The notes under the pieces: model-generated
The model's database searches: none
Told to the model about the DNA's origin: nothing
The model's input: only the letters and a program-made list of their open reading frames with translations
Made by a program: the position numbers and the translations under genes
Virus record (IMG/VR): IMGVR_UViG_3300011013_000033
Coordinates: 1 to 39,238 of that record
DNA: 39,238 nt
Source: a virus
Lineage: Duplodnaviria; Caudoviricetes
Reading direction: 5' to 3' (one strand)
Shown here: in pieces, positions 7,264-15,041 of the stretch
Layout: the number at the start of each line of letters is the position of its first letter
Numbering within the stretch: position 1 is the first letter of the stretch

Positions 7264-7311
7264 CCCTAAATATAACCCTCCAACCATACCCAATCATCAT
7301 AATGATTACAC

Positions 7312-7461
7312 CTAACTTGTAATTTCTTTAATCTTTTTACGATTATAAATCTTTTTAGATGGTATGATTTGAGTCTTATACTTAGGACTTCTTAAATCTT
7401 TTGCAACTGGATTATGCGTATTTTTTTTTATGGGTAACTTTTTTTCCAGTTTTTTTGGCAT
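7312..7461 (-). CDS. 49-aa basic peptide with ArfA-like motif (not in track)
   Basis: MPKKLEKKLPIKKNTHNPVAKDLRSPKYKTQIIPSKKIYNRKKIKEITS*. Confidence 0.6.
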   Translation of the reverse strand: MPKKLEKKLPIKKNTHNPVAKDLRSPKYKTQIIPSKKIYNRKKIKEITS

Positions 7462-7525
7462 ACCTTTTAGCAGCAGCTTTACCTTTTTTGCTGTAGCTGA
7501 AATGTTTTTTACCGACTCTTGGCAT
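7412..7525 (-). CDS. 37-aa Lys-rich peptide (not in track)
   Basis: GGAGG RBS; MPRVGKKHFSYSKKGKAAAKRYAKKTGKKVTHKKKYA*. Confidence 0.7.
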   Translation of the reverse strand: MPRVGKKHFSYSKKGKAAAKRYAKKTGKKVTHKKKYA

Positions 7526-7718
7526 TTTGTTCTTCCTCCGCTATTCTTTTATAACAATCATAATGAGCTGGTCTTTTTGGTTCATGCTTTGCATGGTAAT
7601 AACAAATGAAACTCATATCACTACTAATATCGCCATTACAATGAACACACTTACCAACATCAAATACTGCATTAGGTTTTCTTCCCCATGTTTTCTTAGT
7701 TGTTCTTCTTCTAGGCAA
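7509..7718 (-). CDS. Small Zn-finger-like protein with basic N-terminus
   Basis: CVHC ... HYDC; TTG start. Confidence 0.65.
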   Translation of the reverse strand: MPRRRTTKKTWGRKPNAVFDVGKCVHCNGDISSDMSFICYYHAKHEPKRPAHYDCYKRIAEEEQNAKSR

Positions 7719-7723
7719 AACAA

Positions 7724-7789
7724 TTATCTTTTCTTTTTGCCTTTTTTATTTTTCTTTTTTTTGCCTTTATTTTTTTTCTTCTTTTTCAT
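7724..7789 (-). CDS. 21-aa poly-Lys peptide (not in track)
   Basis: GGAGG RBS, ATGA overlap with the lysin stop; MKKKKKNKGKKKKNKKGKKKR*. Confidence 0.6.
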   Translation of the reverse strand: MKKKKKNKGKKKKNKKGKKKR

Positions 7790-8247
7790 TGGTCCTCCCA
7801 TTTGTGATAACCTGTTTTATCTTTTATTAATGCTTCTTGTCTGCACTTCATAGGCACATAACTTACATGAATCCAACCAGAATTAATATCTAAATCATCA
7901 TAGTATTCCAAAATTAATTGATCGTATTCAAAATTATTTTTTATGTGTGAAGCCAACTCTTTATTATCTACACCTGGAATTTCAAAATCAGCAGCAGCAG
8001 AACCATTGTTTGCACAATGTTGGCTCTTGCTAGAACTTCCAATGAGCTTACAAAGTTTAGGACTTCTAAATCCTGATGTAATTTTAAGAGGTAATTGATA
8101 ATAGTCTCTTAAAGGTTGAAGAACATTAACAACTAATTGTTTAATGTTTTCTATTTGTTGTTCATCAGGTTCATTCTCAATATTATTTCGTAAAGCTGTT
8201 TGGCTTTGTGTCATTTCTTTGAGACTGAAATTTGAACTTAGCTTCAT
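7786..8247 (-). CDS. Endolysin, peptidase M15A family
   Basis: LS.NFSL.E...S, ITSGFRS, SQH......AAD, YDQLILEY, GWIHVSY. Confidence 0.9.
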   Translation of the reverse strand: MKLSSNFSLKEMTQSQTALRNNIENEPDEQQIENIKQLVVNVLQPLRDYYQLPLKITSGFRSPKLCKLIGSSSKSQHCANNGSAAADFEIPGVDNKELASHIKNNFEYDQLILEYYDDLDINSGWIHVSYVPMKCRQEALIKDKTGYHKWEDQ

Positions 8248-8274
8248 AGGTTTAAATTACTATAATAATTATAA

Positions 8275-8529
8275 TTAACTTTCAACTTCTATTTTTGGCT
8301 TTGGTTTAGGTAGTATTAATTCAGGCATTTCCTGACAAACAAACCTAGTATATATCCCATGCTTATTAACATCTGTCCTACCAATTTCTTCTGTCTTATG
8401 AATAGACTTATGGTAGCCATCTAATAAGCAGTCATACATATTAGTATAATGTTTATCAGTAAAAGTATGGGGGTCTTGGCAAATGTTAGCGTAAAGGGAA
8501 CAGATAATTATTGTTAAATGGATTTTCAT
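8275..8529 (-). CDS. Small exported Cys-containing protein
   Basis: Hydrophobic N-terminus, 4 Cys, Pro/Lys tail. Confidence 0.65.
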   Translation of the reverse strand: MKIHLTIIICSLYANICQDPHTFTDKHYTNMYDCLLDGYHKSIHKTEEIGRTDVNKHGIYTRFVCQEMPELILPKPKPKIEVES

Positions 8530-8765
8530 GGATGTTCCATCATCATCTTACTTGTTTTTTTTTCTTCCCTTAATTTCTTTTCTAATTCTTTAACTTTATT
8601 AATAGATTTTTCAAGGTCGGTATTAGCATATTCTAACTTTTGCAGACATCTTTTATTAGCAGCGTCTTTAGATTTACCTGCATCTTCTAATTCTGCTATC
8701 TGTTGTTTAAGGATTCTTATTTGGTCCTTATATTCATTAATAATATCTAATGAACTATCTGACAT
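8526..8765 (-). CDS. Coiled-coil hypothetical protein
   Basis: Heptad pattern; ATGA overlap. Confidence 0.7.
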   Translation of the reverse strand: MSDSSLDIINEYKDQIRILKQQIAELEDAGKSKDAANKRCLQKLEYANTDLEKSINKVKELEKKLREEKKTSKMMMEHP

Positions 8766-8768
8766 ATA

Positions 8769-9152
8769 TTATTTTTTGTTGTTGCGGAAAATCTGAGTAC
8801 CTTTTATACCAAAAATTGATGCACAAACTAAAATCCAGAGATTTGTGAACCATGATGGAAGTGCTTGGAAATGTTCAAAAAATAAATTTATCTTTGCCAT
8901 AGCTTCAGGATCATCTGACCATACTCCCCAAGCCAAAATTACGATGGGTAATGTGAGTATCGCTAAAACTACCTCATCCTTATAGTCGTTTTGCCTAGCC
9001 TCTAGGAGTTTTCCCTGATAGGATTCCTCACCCTTAGCCATCTTTTCAGCATGAAGGTATTGAGCATCTGCCATACGCATCTTAGTTTCTTGACGCTTCT
9101 TATAAATGTGCGTACCTGCATTTAAAGCCAATTTTATTGCACTAAACCACAT
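8769..9152 (-). CDS. Holin-like membrane protein (3TM / GTA-holin-like)
   Basis: N-terminal amphipathic helix, YKDE followed by a TM segment, LPSW, second TM segment, ASIFGIKG and a basic tail; near the endolysin. Confidence 0.7.
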   Translation of the reverse strand: MWFSAIKLALNAGTHIYKKRQETKMRMADAQYLHAEKMAKGEESYQGKLLEARQNDYKDEVVLAILTLPIVILAWGVWSDDPEAMAKINLFFEHFQALPSWFTNLWILVCASIFGIKGTQIFRNNKK

Positions 9153-9155
9153 AAA

Positions 9156-9251
9156 TTATTTCTTCTTTTTTTGGATTATACCATTCATTTCAAAATATTG
9201 TTTTAATAGATATACTTTGAACTTAATCCAAAGTTCCTTTAACTTTTTCAT
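9156..9251 (-). CDS. 31-aa amphipathic basic peptide (not in track)
   Basis: GAGGGAG RBS; MKKLKELWIKFKVYLLKQYFEMNGIIQKKKK*. Confidence 0.55.
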   Translation of the reverse strand: MKKLKELWIKFKVYLLKQYFEMNGIIQKKKK

Positions 9252-9273
9252 ATCTAGCTCCCTCTGTTAAATA

Positions 9274-9384
9274 TTATAGGATGTAAAGAATAACACCTAT
9301 TGTTATTATAATAACTGCTTTAGTTTTAAAATTTGTTTTTTCCCAAAACAAAACAATTTTATCTATAAAATCTGGTATAGTCAT
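9274..9384 (-). CDS. 36-aa single-TM peptide (not in track)
   Basis: MTIPDFIDKIVLFWEKTNFKTKAVIIITIGVILYIL*. Confidence 0.6.
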   Translation of the reverse strand: MTIPDFIDKIVLFWEKTNFKTKAVIIITIGVILYIL

Positions 9385-9400
9385 ATCTTATTATACACCT

Positions 9401-9580
9401 TTATTGGCAAGATTCACAATCATTTGTATCATCAATTATTACTTGATTTTCGTAGGTTTTATCTTCTTCTCTCTCACCACAATCACAGTCATTACAAGGA
9501 CAATAATCTAAATATTCGTCTATGTGTGAGCCAAATTTACAATGACAGGTATGGTTACAACTTTTACAAATTTTACTCAT
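9401..9580 (-). CDS. 59-aa Cys/His-rich metallothionein-like protein (not in track)
   Basis: MSKICKSCNHTCHCKFGSHIDEYLDYCPCNDCDCGEREEDKTYENQVIIDDTNDCESCQ*. Confidence 0.75.
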   Translation of the reverse strand: MSKICKSCNHTCHCKFGSHIDEYLDYCPCNDCDCGEREEDKTYENQVIIDDTNDCESCQ

Positions 9581-9794
9581 TTTCTAATATTAATTTAGTT
9601 ATTTTTTTTTCGCCCATATATATTTCTATTTCAGCTTTAGACTTTATACATTTATATTGAACTCTGCTATTATCTTTTAATTGTCTTTCAGCAATTCTTT
9701 TTCCTTTTAAACATTTTGAAATACTATCTTGTATTAAATGTTCTTTAATTTCATGGTCCACTATCATTAATAATGCAAAAACTGTTTCTAACAT
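9573..9794 (-). CDS. Hypothetical protein with Cys pair
   Basis: AGGAGG RBS; ORF track. Confidence 0.7.
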   Translation of the reverse strand: MLETVFALLMIVDHEIKEHLIQDSISKCLKGKRIAERQLKDNSRVQYKCIKSKAEIEIYMGEKKITKLILENE

Positions 9795-9802
9795 ATTACC
9801 TC

Positions 9803-10054
9803 CTAATTGTAATTATATCCTGTGTTTGATTGTTCTAATTTTTTAAATAAATCTTCATGTTGTTTCATTATTTCTTCGTCTGAATCTATCATGCGATCCA
9901 TCTGGTCTTGTAATTTTTCTACTTTTCTTTCAAGTTTATCTATTTGATTGTTATGTACTGCTTGAAATGTTGAGAGTTCAAAAGTTCTGGATAGACTCCA
10001 ACCTCCTAATGCAATTAGGAGTCCAACCAACATTGTTAAAATTTTTTCCATCAT
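9803..10054 (-). CDS. N-terminal TM plus coiled-coil protein (lysis module)
   Basis: ILTMLVGLLIALGGW followed by heptads. Confidence 0.7.
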   Translation of the reverse strand: MMEKILTMLVGLLIALGGWSLSRTFELSTFQAVHNNQIDKLERKVEKLQDQMDRMIDSDEEIMKQHEDLFKKLEQSNTGYNYN

Positions 10055-10422
10055 TAGTGGCTGCTTCCATTTGCAAATTCTCTTTGCTTATCTTTTAATT
10101 TTTCTATATCTTTTGTTGCTTTGTCTAAAACTTTATTTATTGATTCTATCATTACTTTATTGTGCATCATATCATCTACCCTTGTAGTTATTTTTTCTAA
10201 TTGAATAGCCATGTGTTCTAATAACATAAATTGTTCTTGGTCTATTGGTTTTTGTGTAGATGCCTCAAGTAAATCTTGTTCCATTAATTGTTTAGCAGTC
10301 TCTAAAGATGTAAGCCTACTTGTAATATCCGCCCATGCCCACACACCCATAGCAACTGCAAAAATAATTCCAATCATATTTTTGATTGGCATAGCCACAC
10401 TTGTGTTTTCATTAAGTTTCAT
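10054..10422 (-). CDS. TM plus coiled-coil protein (lysis module)
   Basis: MIGIIFAVAMGVWAW followed by a helical region. Confidence 0.7.
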   Translation of the reverse strand: MKLNENTSVAMPIKNMIGIIFAVAMGVWAWADITSRLTSLETAKQLMEQDLLEASTQKPIDQEQFMLLEHMAIQLEKITTRVDDMMHNKVMIESINKVLDKATKDIEKLKDKQREFANGSSH

Positions 10423-10425
10423 TTT

Positions 10426-10536
10426 TTATTTCTTCTTCCCATATATTTTTTTTACTAACTTATACCATAAATTCTTATACTTAATATCTTTAGTTTTATT
10501 CCAAAGATTAGCCAACTCATCTAATTTATTTTGCAT
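10426..10536 (-). CDS. 36-aa basic helical peptide (start revised)
   Basis: MQNKLDELANLWNKTKDIKYKNLWYKLVKKIYGKKK*; the longer track ORF overlaps the next gene. Confidence 0.55.
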   Translation of the reverse strand: MQNKLDELANLWNKTKDIKYKNLWYKLVKKIYGKKK

Positions 10537-10660
10537 TATATTTTTTTCTTCCCATGTAATTTTCTGATGGTTCATAGTTCCATTTTTTGCCATGATGACC
10601 TCTAATATCACAATAAAACATTCTTAACCTTACAATCAATTTTATTACAGCTTTAGTCAT
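10526..10660 (-). CDS. 44-aa hypothetical peptide (not in track)
   Basis: MTKAVIKLIVRLRMFYCDIRGHHGKKWNYEPSENYMGRKKYNAK*; overlaps both neighbours. Confidence 0.6.
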   Translation of the reverse strand: MTKAVIKLIVRLRMFYCDIRGHHGKKWNYEPSENYMGRKKYNAK

Positions 10661-10943
10661 AATCTACCATCATTAATTCTATATTTAATTCTTTTTGTTT
10701 TTTTGTTGGAATCCTATAAATCTTTAGTGATCTTTTTTTCCAGGTCTTTTTTCTATATTTTTTTCTATAGGTAATTGTTTTAACATCAATTAATTTTATT
10801 TTACCACAATTATCTACAGCAACAATATCAAAAGGACATTGTGGATCAACGCTTTTAGCAACCCAATATCCCTGTTTAGTTAATTTTGTTATGGCTTTTA
10901 ATTCAGATAAAGTTCCCTTTGCACTCTTGCTCAAATTAGCCAT
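10653..10943 (-). CDS. PD-(D/E)XK endonuclease, Holliday-junction-resolvase-like
   Basis: KG..SE..A...L...GY.V, PFDIVA, LIDVKT. Confidence 0.8.
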   Translation of the reverse strand: MANLSKSAKGTLSELKAITKLTKQGYWVAKSVDPQCPFDIVAVDNCGKIKLIDVKTITYRKKYRKKTWKKRSLKIYRIPTKKQKELNIELMMVDYD

Positions 10944-10948
10944 AATAA

Positions 10949-10977
10949 TACATACAATATATAGTTGTGTAATACAA
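10949..10977 (-). promoter_or_regulatory. Predicted promoter giving a near-leaderless nuclease/lysis transcript
   Basis: TTGTAT(10977-10972)-17-TATGTA(10954-10949)-5-ATG; overlapped by the inverted repeat TAGTTGT-N5-ACAACTA. Confidence 0.45.
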
Positions 10978-10994
10978 CTAAAACACTATATATA

Positions 10995-13900
10995 TTAATT
11001 TTTACTTTGAAATTCTTTTATTAAAGTATCAATATAATCTTTACCTAATACTTCGTCTAAAACTTTTCTTTTATCTTTGGGAATATTACTGATTTGATAT
11101 TCCATTAAATAAGGAATTAAAGAAGCATCACTTTGAAGTGCTTTCATGGTATTTTTTTTAGCTTCTTTTATAAATTCTTTAATAACATAAACCTGAACAT
11201 TTGAACTCATAGATAAATATTTAGGACTTGTAACTATATCAGATAAAGCTAAATGAATTTGTGGTGCAAGAATATTTTTATACATTCTATCTAAAAAAGG
11301 TATGCCAGTTGTTTTAAATATTTCACTATATCCAATATTTAAACGATCTATTTCTTTTTCAGCAGCATTTTTTTCTTGTTTAATAGTTACTCCAGTTAGT
11401 TCTGTAAATATAGGTCTGTCATTTCTTAATGGTCTAGCAACCCATTTACCACTTTCTTCATCATATACAGCATGAGTAGTTGAAGAATAATCTGGAAGTT
11501 CATCTTTATTAAATATACTTTTAAAATTTCTTTTAATAGATTCACCCAGACTTGTATCTAATGGTGCAGTTCTAGTATCTTTAACTGCTTGTGTTGTTCC
11601 AGTAAAACCTTCATATAAATTAATGTAAGTTTTAAATGGAGTCATATATTGGTTGGCTATTTTTCCCACCATATCATTAATTCTATTCCACTTTTTAGTA
11701 GTCATGGGATCAGTAATTAAATTAATAATTTGATCTACCATATATAAACCTGTTCCCCCTCTTGTACCTGCAAAAACTTTTAAAATCTCTTTAGTTGGAT
11801 TAGCAGGAAAAACTCTTACACCATTTTGATAACGATGAATTAAATCAGCAACATATAAATAAGCTGCTAATGGGTTATAAGGTAAAAGATCAATTGTTTT
11901 ATCTCCAACTTTTAATTCATTCCATTTTTCTCCAGCCATTTTAGAGCCTCTCATTTGATAAGCGGTTGCAAATATTCCCCAACCTACTAGAGCTTTACTT
12001 ATTCCACTAACATCTCCTTTTGATAATCTTTGAAGAAAACCTTTAGTCCATGTACCATCTGTAGAAAATTTAAGTATTGTAGAAGGAATATCTGTAGCCA
12101 CCCCTACCACTCCTCTTATTGTAGAAAGAGGACTATATTCAAATAAAAATTTTAATGAGTTTGCTAAGAATCTAGGAAATGGAATTAATAAAGATAAAGT
12201 AAATGGCATACTATTTACAAATTTTACAAAGTTTTTTGCAATTCCAGTTTTAGGATCAAGTGCATAAGTTGCTTCTAAAGCTATATCAATAGCAGCAGCT
12301 ATATCTTTTTTTCTTATTGTTTTCATTAAATTTGGATCACTAACTAATTTTGCTAAAGTTGCACCCTTACCATATACATCTGGTTTAGCTCTAATAAGAG
12401 CATCTAAGGCGTTTTGAAAAACAGCTCTCCTTGTTAAAAATTCTTGGAATCTATTAAAGACATTAAATATATCTACTGCTTTTTGTGCAACTCCTAATGG
12501 GGAATATTTACCTGCGGTTGATCCTTGAACATCAGAACTGTACCTTAAAAATAAACGATCTTTTAATTTTGGAAAAGATGATAAAATATTATTTACATCT
12601 GTTTTAACTTTTCTAAATCTAATAGGATTTATTTGTCTAAATATATCTATAAATCCTTGAAAAGTTCTAACTGGATCAGCAGGAGCATGAGCCACTTGTC
12701 TGCCAGTTATCTTGGACCACAATTGTTCTCCACCAAATCTTACTGCATCATTTAAAACATTAATTCCTTGTCTGCCAATCTGAGAAATAAAGTTTCTTGC
12801 AGCAGTCGCCCATCTTCCAACCATCATTCCCCTTCTAATATTATCTAATGGTTTCATTATACCATCTAATAATAATTCAGAATCTACACCTTGATTATCT
12901 AATTCTTTTCTTAATCCTTTAGTAACCTTTCCATCATCTAAAAATTTACCATAAACTCTTGCTAATGCTCCCATCTGTTGTAAATCTCTAGCAGATTCTT
13001 TAATGGTAGTTCTAAATAAATTCATTATTTCTTCTACAGAAACTTTATGTTTTTCTAAAAGTTTTTCATTTCTAATAATTTGCATTATTCTAGGAGTCGT
13101 CATAACATCATAGATTTGATCTGATATTCTTATTAAAGGATTCCTTATTACTTCTGCTCTATCAAAAAGATCAGCCATAAAATCAGAAATTCTTTTTCTA
13201 ACCGCAGGATTAATTCTTACTGTTTTTAAAGAATCATCAATACCATCTTTTATTGTTTGAGTTGCAGTTTCAACTGTTTGGTTTAAATCAATATCTTTTC
13301 TTAAAGATTTAGGAATTACTCCTGTTGCTTCATCAACAATATTAGCTTCTTCTTTTATTTTTTTATTATAATTTTTAATAGGTTCGTCTGTATTTTTTAA
13401 TTTATTTGTTTTTATTCCATTAGCTTTTCCTCTGGCTAAAAAAGAAAATAATCTATCTAAAGCTATACCAAATATACCACCTTCAGCAGCCATCTTTAAT
13501 CTAGCTTTATCTTCTGAATCTTTATCAGTAGCTTGTAAATATTCTGTAATTGGATTTGCTAAATGTGGGTAGGCTTGAACTAAATTAGATAGTCTAGCTT
13601 CAAAAGGTGAAAAAGCAAATTGAGCAGCAATTTCTCCTTTAATACTAGCTTCAATAGATTTACCAAATAATGTTTTAGCTTGTGGAATTTTTAATAATTT
13701 TTGTGCTTTAGTTAATCCTAAATAAGGAGTCATAAAACCAATTAAGTCTCTACTAAAACTTCCACCAAAATATTCTGGTTCAGGTATTTTTTCAAATTCA
13801 TAATTAATAAGTTTATTATCAGCTCCAGCTTTTCCTCCTAAATAATTAATAAAATCTATTGTTCCTTGTCCAGTATCTTTTGCTGCACCCAAATATGTTC

Positions 13901-14312
13901 TTCTTAAAAGATTTTCTTGAAAATCTTCCCATGTGGTATAACCATCTTGAACTGAACCACCATCTAAAACAGAGCCTTTCATTACATCTTCTGTTTCTGT
14001 AGATTGAGAAACATCTATAATTTCACTTCCTGAAGTAAATTCTTCCCATGAAATTTCTTTTTTAACTTCTTCTTTTTTTTCTTTTTTAGGAATTTTAAAA
14101 GATGACATGAAATCATCTTGTTTATTGATTGTTGAAAGTGGAGTAATTTTTATTCCTGCTTCTTCAGCAGAAATTAAATCTTCATCTTTAGATTCTTCTT
14201 TTAATAATTTTTCAAGATCAGCTTTTTTTTTCTTTTTTTCTTCTTCGCTAATTGTAGAAACATTAACAATTGTTGAGTCTTTTGTAAATTCTTCCCAGCT
14301 TATTGTAGCCAT
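10995..14312 (-). CDS. Large internal virion / DNA ejection protein
   Basis: 1105 aa, helical, last gene of the ejection cluster; repeated (I)SWEEF motif at the N-terminus. Confidence 0.65.
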   Translation of the reverse strand: MATISWEEFTKDSTIVNVSTISEEEKKKKKADLEKLLKEESKDEDLISAEEAGIKITPLSTINKQDDFMSSFKIPKKEKKEEVKKEISWEEFTSGSEIIDVSQSTETEDVMKGSVLDGGSVQDGYTTWEDFQENLLRRTYLGAAKDTGQGTIDFINYLGGKAGADNKLINYEFEKIPEPEYFGGSFSRDLIGFMTPYLGLTKAQKLLKIPQAKTLFGKSIEASIKGEIAAQFAFSPFEARLSNLVQAYPHLANPITEYLQATDKDSEDKARLKMAAEGGIFGIALDRLFSFLARGKANGIKTNKLKNTDEPIKNYNKKIKEEANIVDEATGVIPKSLRKDIDLNQTVETATQTIKDGIDDSLKTVRINPAVRKRISDFMADLFDRAEVIRNPLIRISDQIYDVMTTPRIMQIIRNEKLLEKHKVSVEEIMNLFRTTIKESARDLQQMGALARVYGKFLDDGKVTKGLRKELDNQGVDSELLLDGIMKPLDNIRRGMMVGRWATAARNFISQIGRQGINVLNDAVRFGGEQLWSKITGRQVAHAPADPVRTFQGFIDIFRQINPIRFRKVKTDVNNILSSFPKLKDRLFLRYSSDVQGSTAGKYSPLGVAQKAVDIFNVFNRFQEFLTRRAVFQNALDALIRAKPDVYGKGATLAKLVSDPNLMKTIRKKDIAAAIDIALEATYALDPKTGIAKNFVKFVNSMPFTLSLLIPFPRFLANSLKFLFEYSPLSTIRGVVGVATDIPSTILKFSTDGTWTKGFLQRLSKGDVSGISKALVGWGIFATAYQMRGSKMAGEKWNELKVGDKTIDLLPYNPLAAYLYVADLIHRYQNGVRVFPANPTKEILKVFAGTRGGTGLYMVDQIINLITDPMTTKKWNRINDMVGKIANQYMTPFKTYINLYEGFTGTTQAVKDTRTAPLDTSLGESIKRNFKSIFNKDELPDYSSTTHAVYDEESGKWVARPLRNDRPIFTELTGVTIKQEKNAAEKEIDRLNIGYSEIFKTTGIPFLDRMYKNILAPQIHLALSDIVTSPKYLSMSSNVQVYVIKEFIKEAKKNTMKALQSDASLIPYLMEYQISNIPKDKRKVLDEVLGKDYIDTLIKEFQSKN

Positions 14313-14327
14313 ACAAAATACTCCCTA

Positions 14328-15041
14328 TTAAACAGGCTCTAATATTGGCGTACCATCTTCTTTAAAGCCAACCACTTTAACTTTTATTCCTTTTGAATTT
14401 GTGATAATTTGACCAATTTTTAATTTACCTACACCATCTTTACCTGAATAAAGTTCCTCAAGTATATTAAACTCACCTCTAATATATTTTTTATAAAGGT
14501 CTTGTTCTATCTTAGGTAATTTTTTAATTGCTACTTCTTGATCTGCCTCTGGAAGCATTTGAATTTTATCATATATAGATTTAGCAGCATCTGCTAAAGT
14601 ATTTTTTTGAGTTCTTTTAGTTAGCATAGCAGAAACATATTTTTCAGGAAAAGCTCTAAATAATTCTAAATCTCCTTCAGGAACTTGACTTTCATATTTT
14701 TTAATAAAGTCTCTTTTTTTTTTAGCGGATTTAATTTTTTCAACTCCTTCAGTAAAAGATAAACCTTCTTTAACAGAAGGGAATAAAGATTCTCCAACAC
14801 CTTTTCCTTGAAATCCTTTTGCAGCCATAGCTGCTCCTATATTAATATAAGGATTTGCAAACATATCATATAAACCTGATGTACCAGGTTGATTAAATGT
14901 AGTTAATAATCCACCTTTGCCAAAATTACCTCCAGTTCCGAATAAACCTGAAGTAGGTGCTACCGATCTATTAGGTCCAAAAATACCTAAATCTTGTCCT
15001 TGCGTTCCTACCATGTATTTTTTTAACCAATCCCAAGCCAT
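14328..15041 (-). CDS. Putative internal virion / ejection protein
   Basis: Gly-rich N-terminus; cluster position. Confidence 0.55.
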   Translation of the reverse strand: MAWDWLKKYMVGTQGQDLGIFGPNRSVAPTSGLFGTGGNFGKGGLLTTFNQPGTSGLYDMFANPYINIGAAMAAKGFQGKGVGESLFPSVKEGLSFTEGVEKIKSAKKKRDFIKKYESQVPEGDLELFRAFPEKYVSAMLTKRTQKNTLADAAKSIYDKIQMLPEADQEVAIKKLPKIEQDLYKKYIRGEFNILEELYSGKDGVGKLKIGQIITNSKGIKVKVVGFKEDGTPILEPV

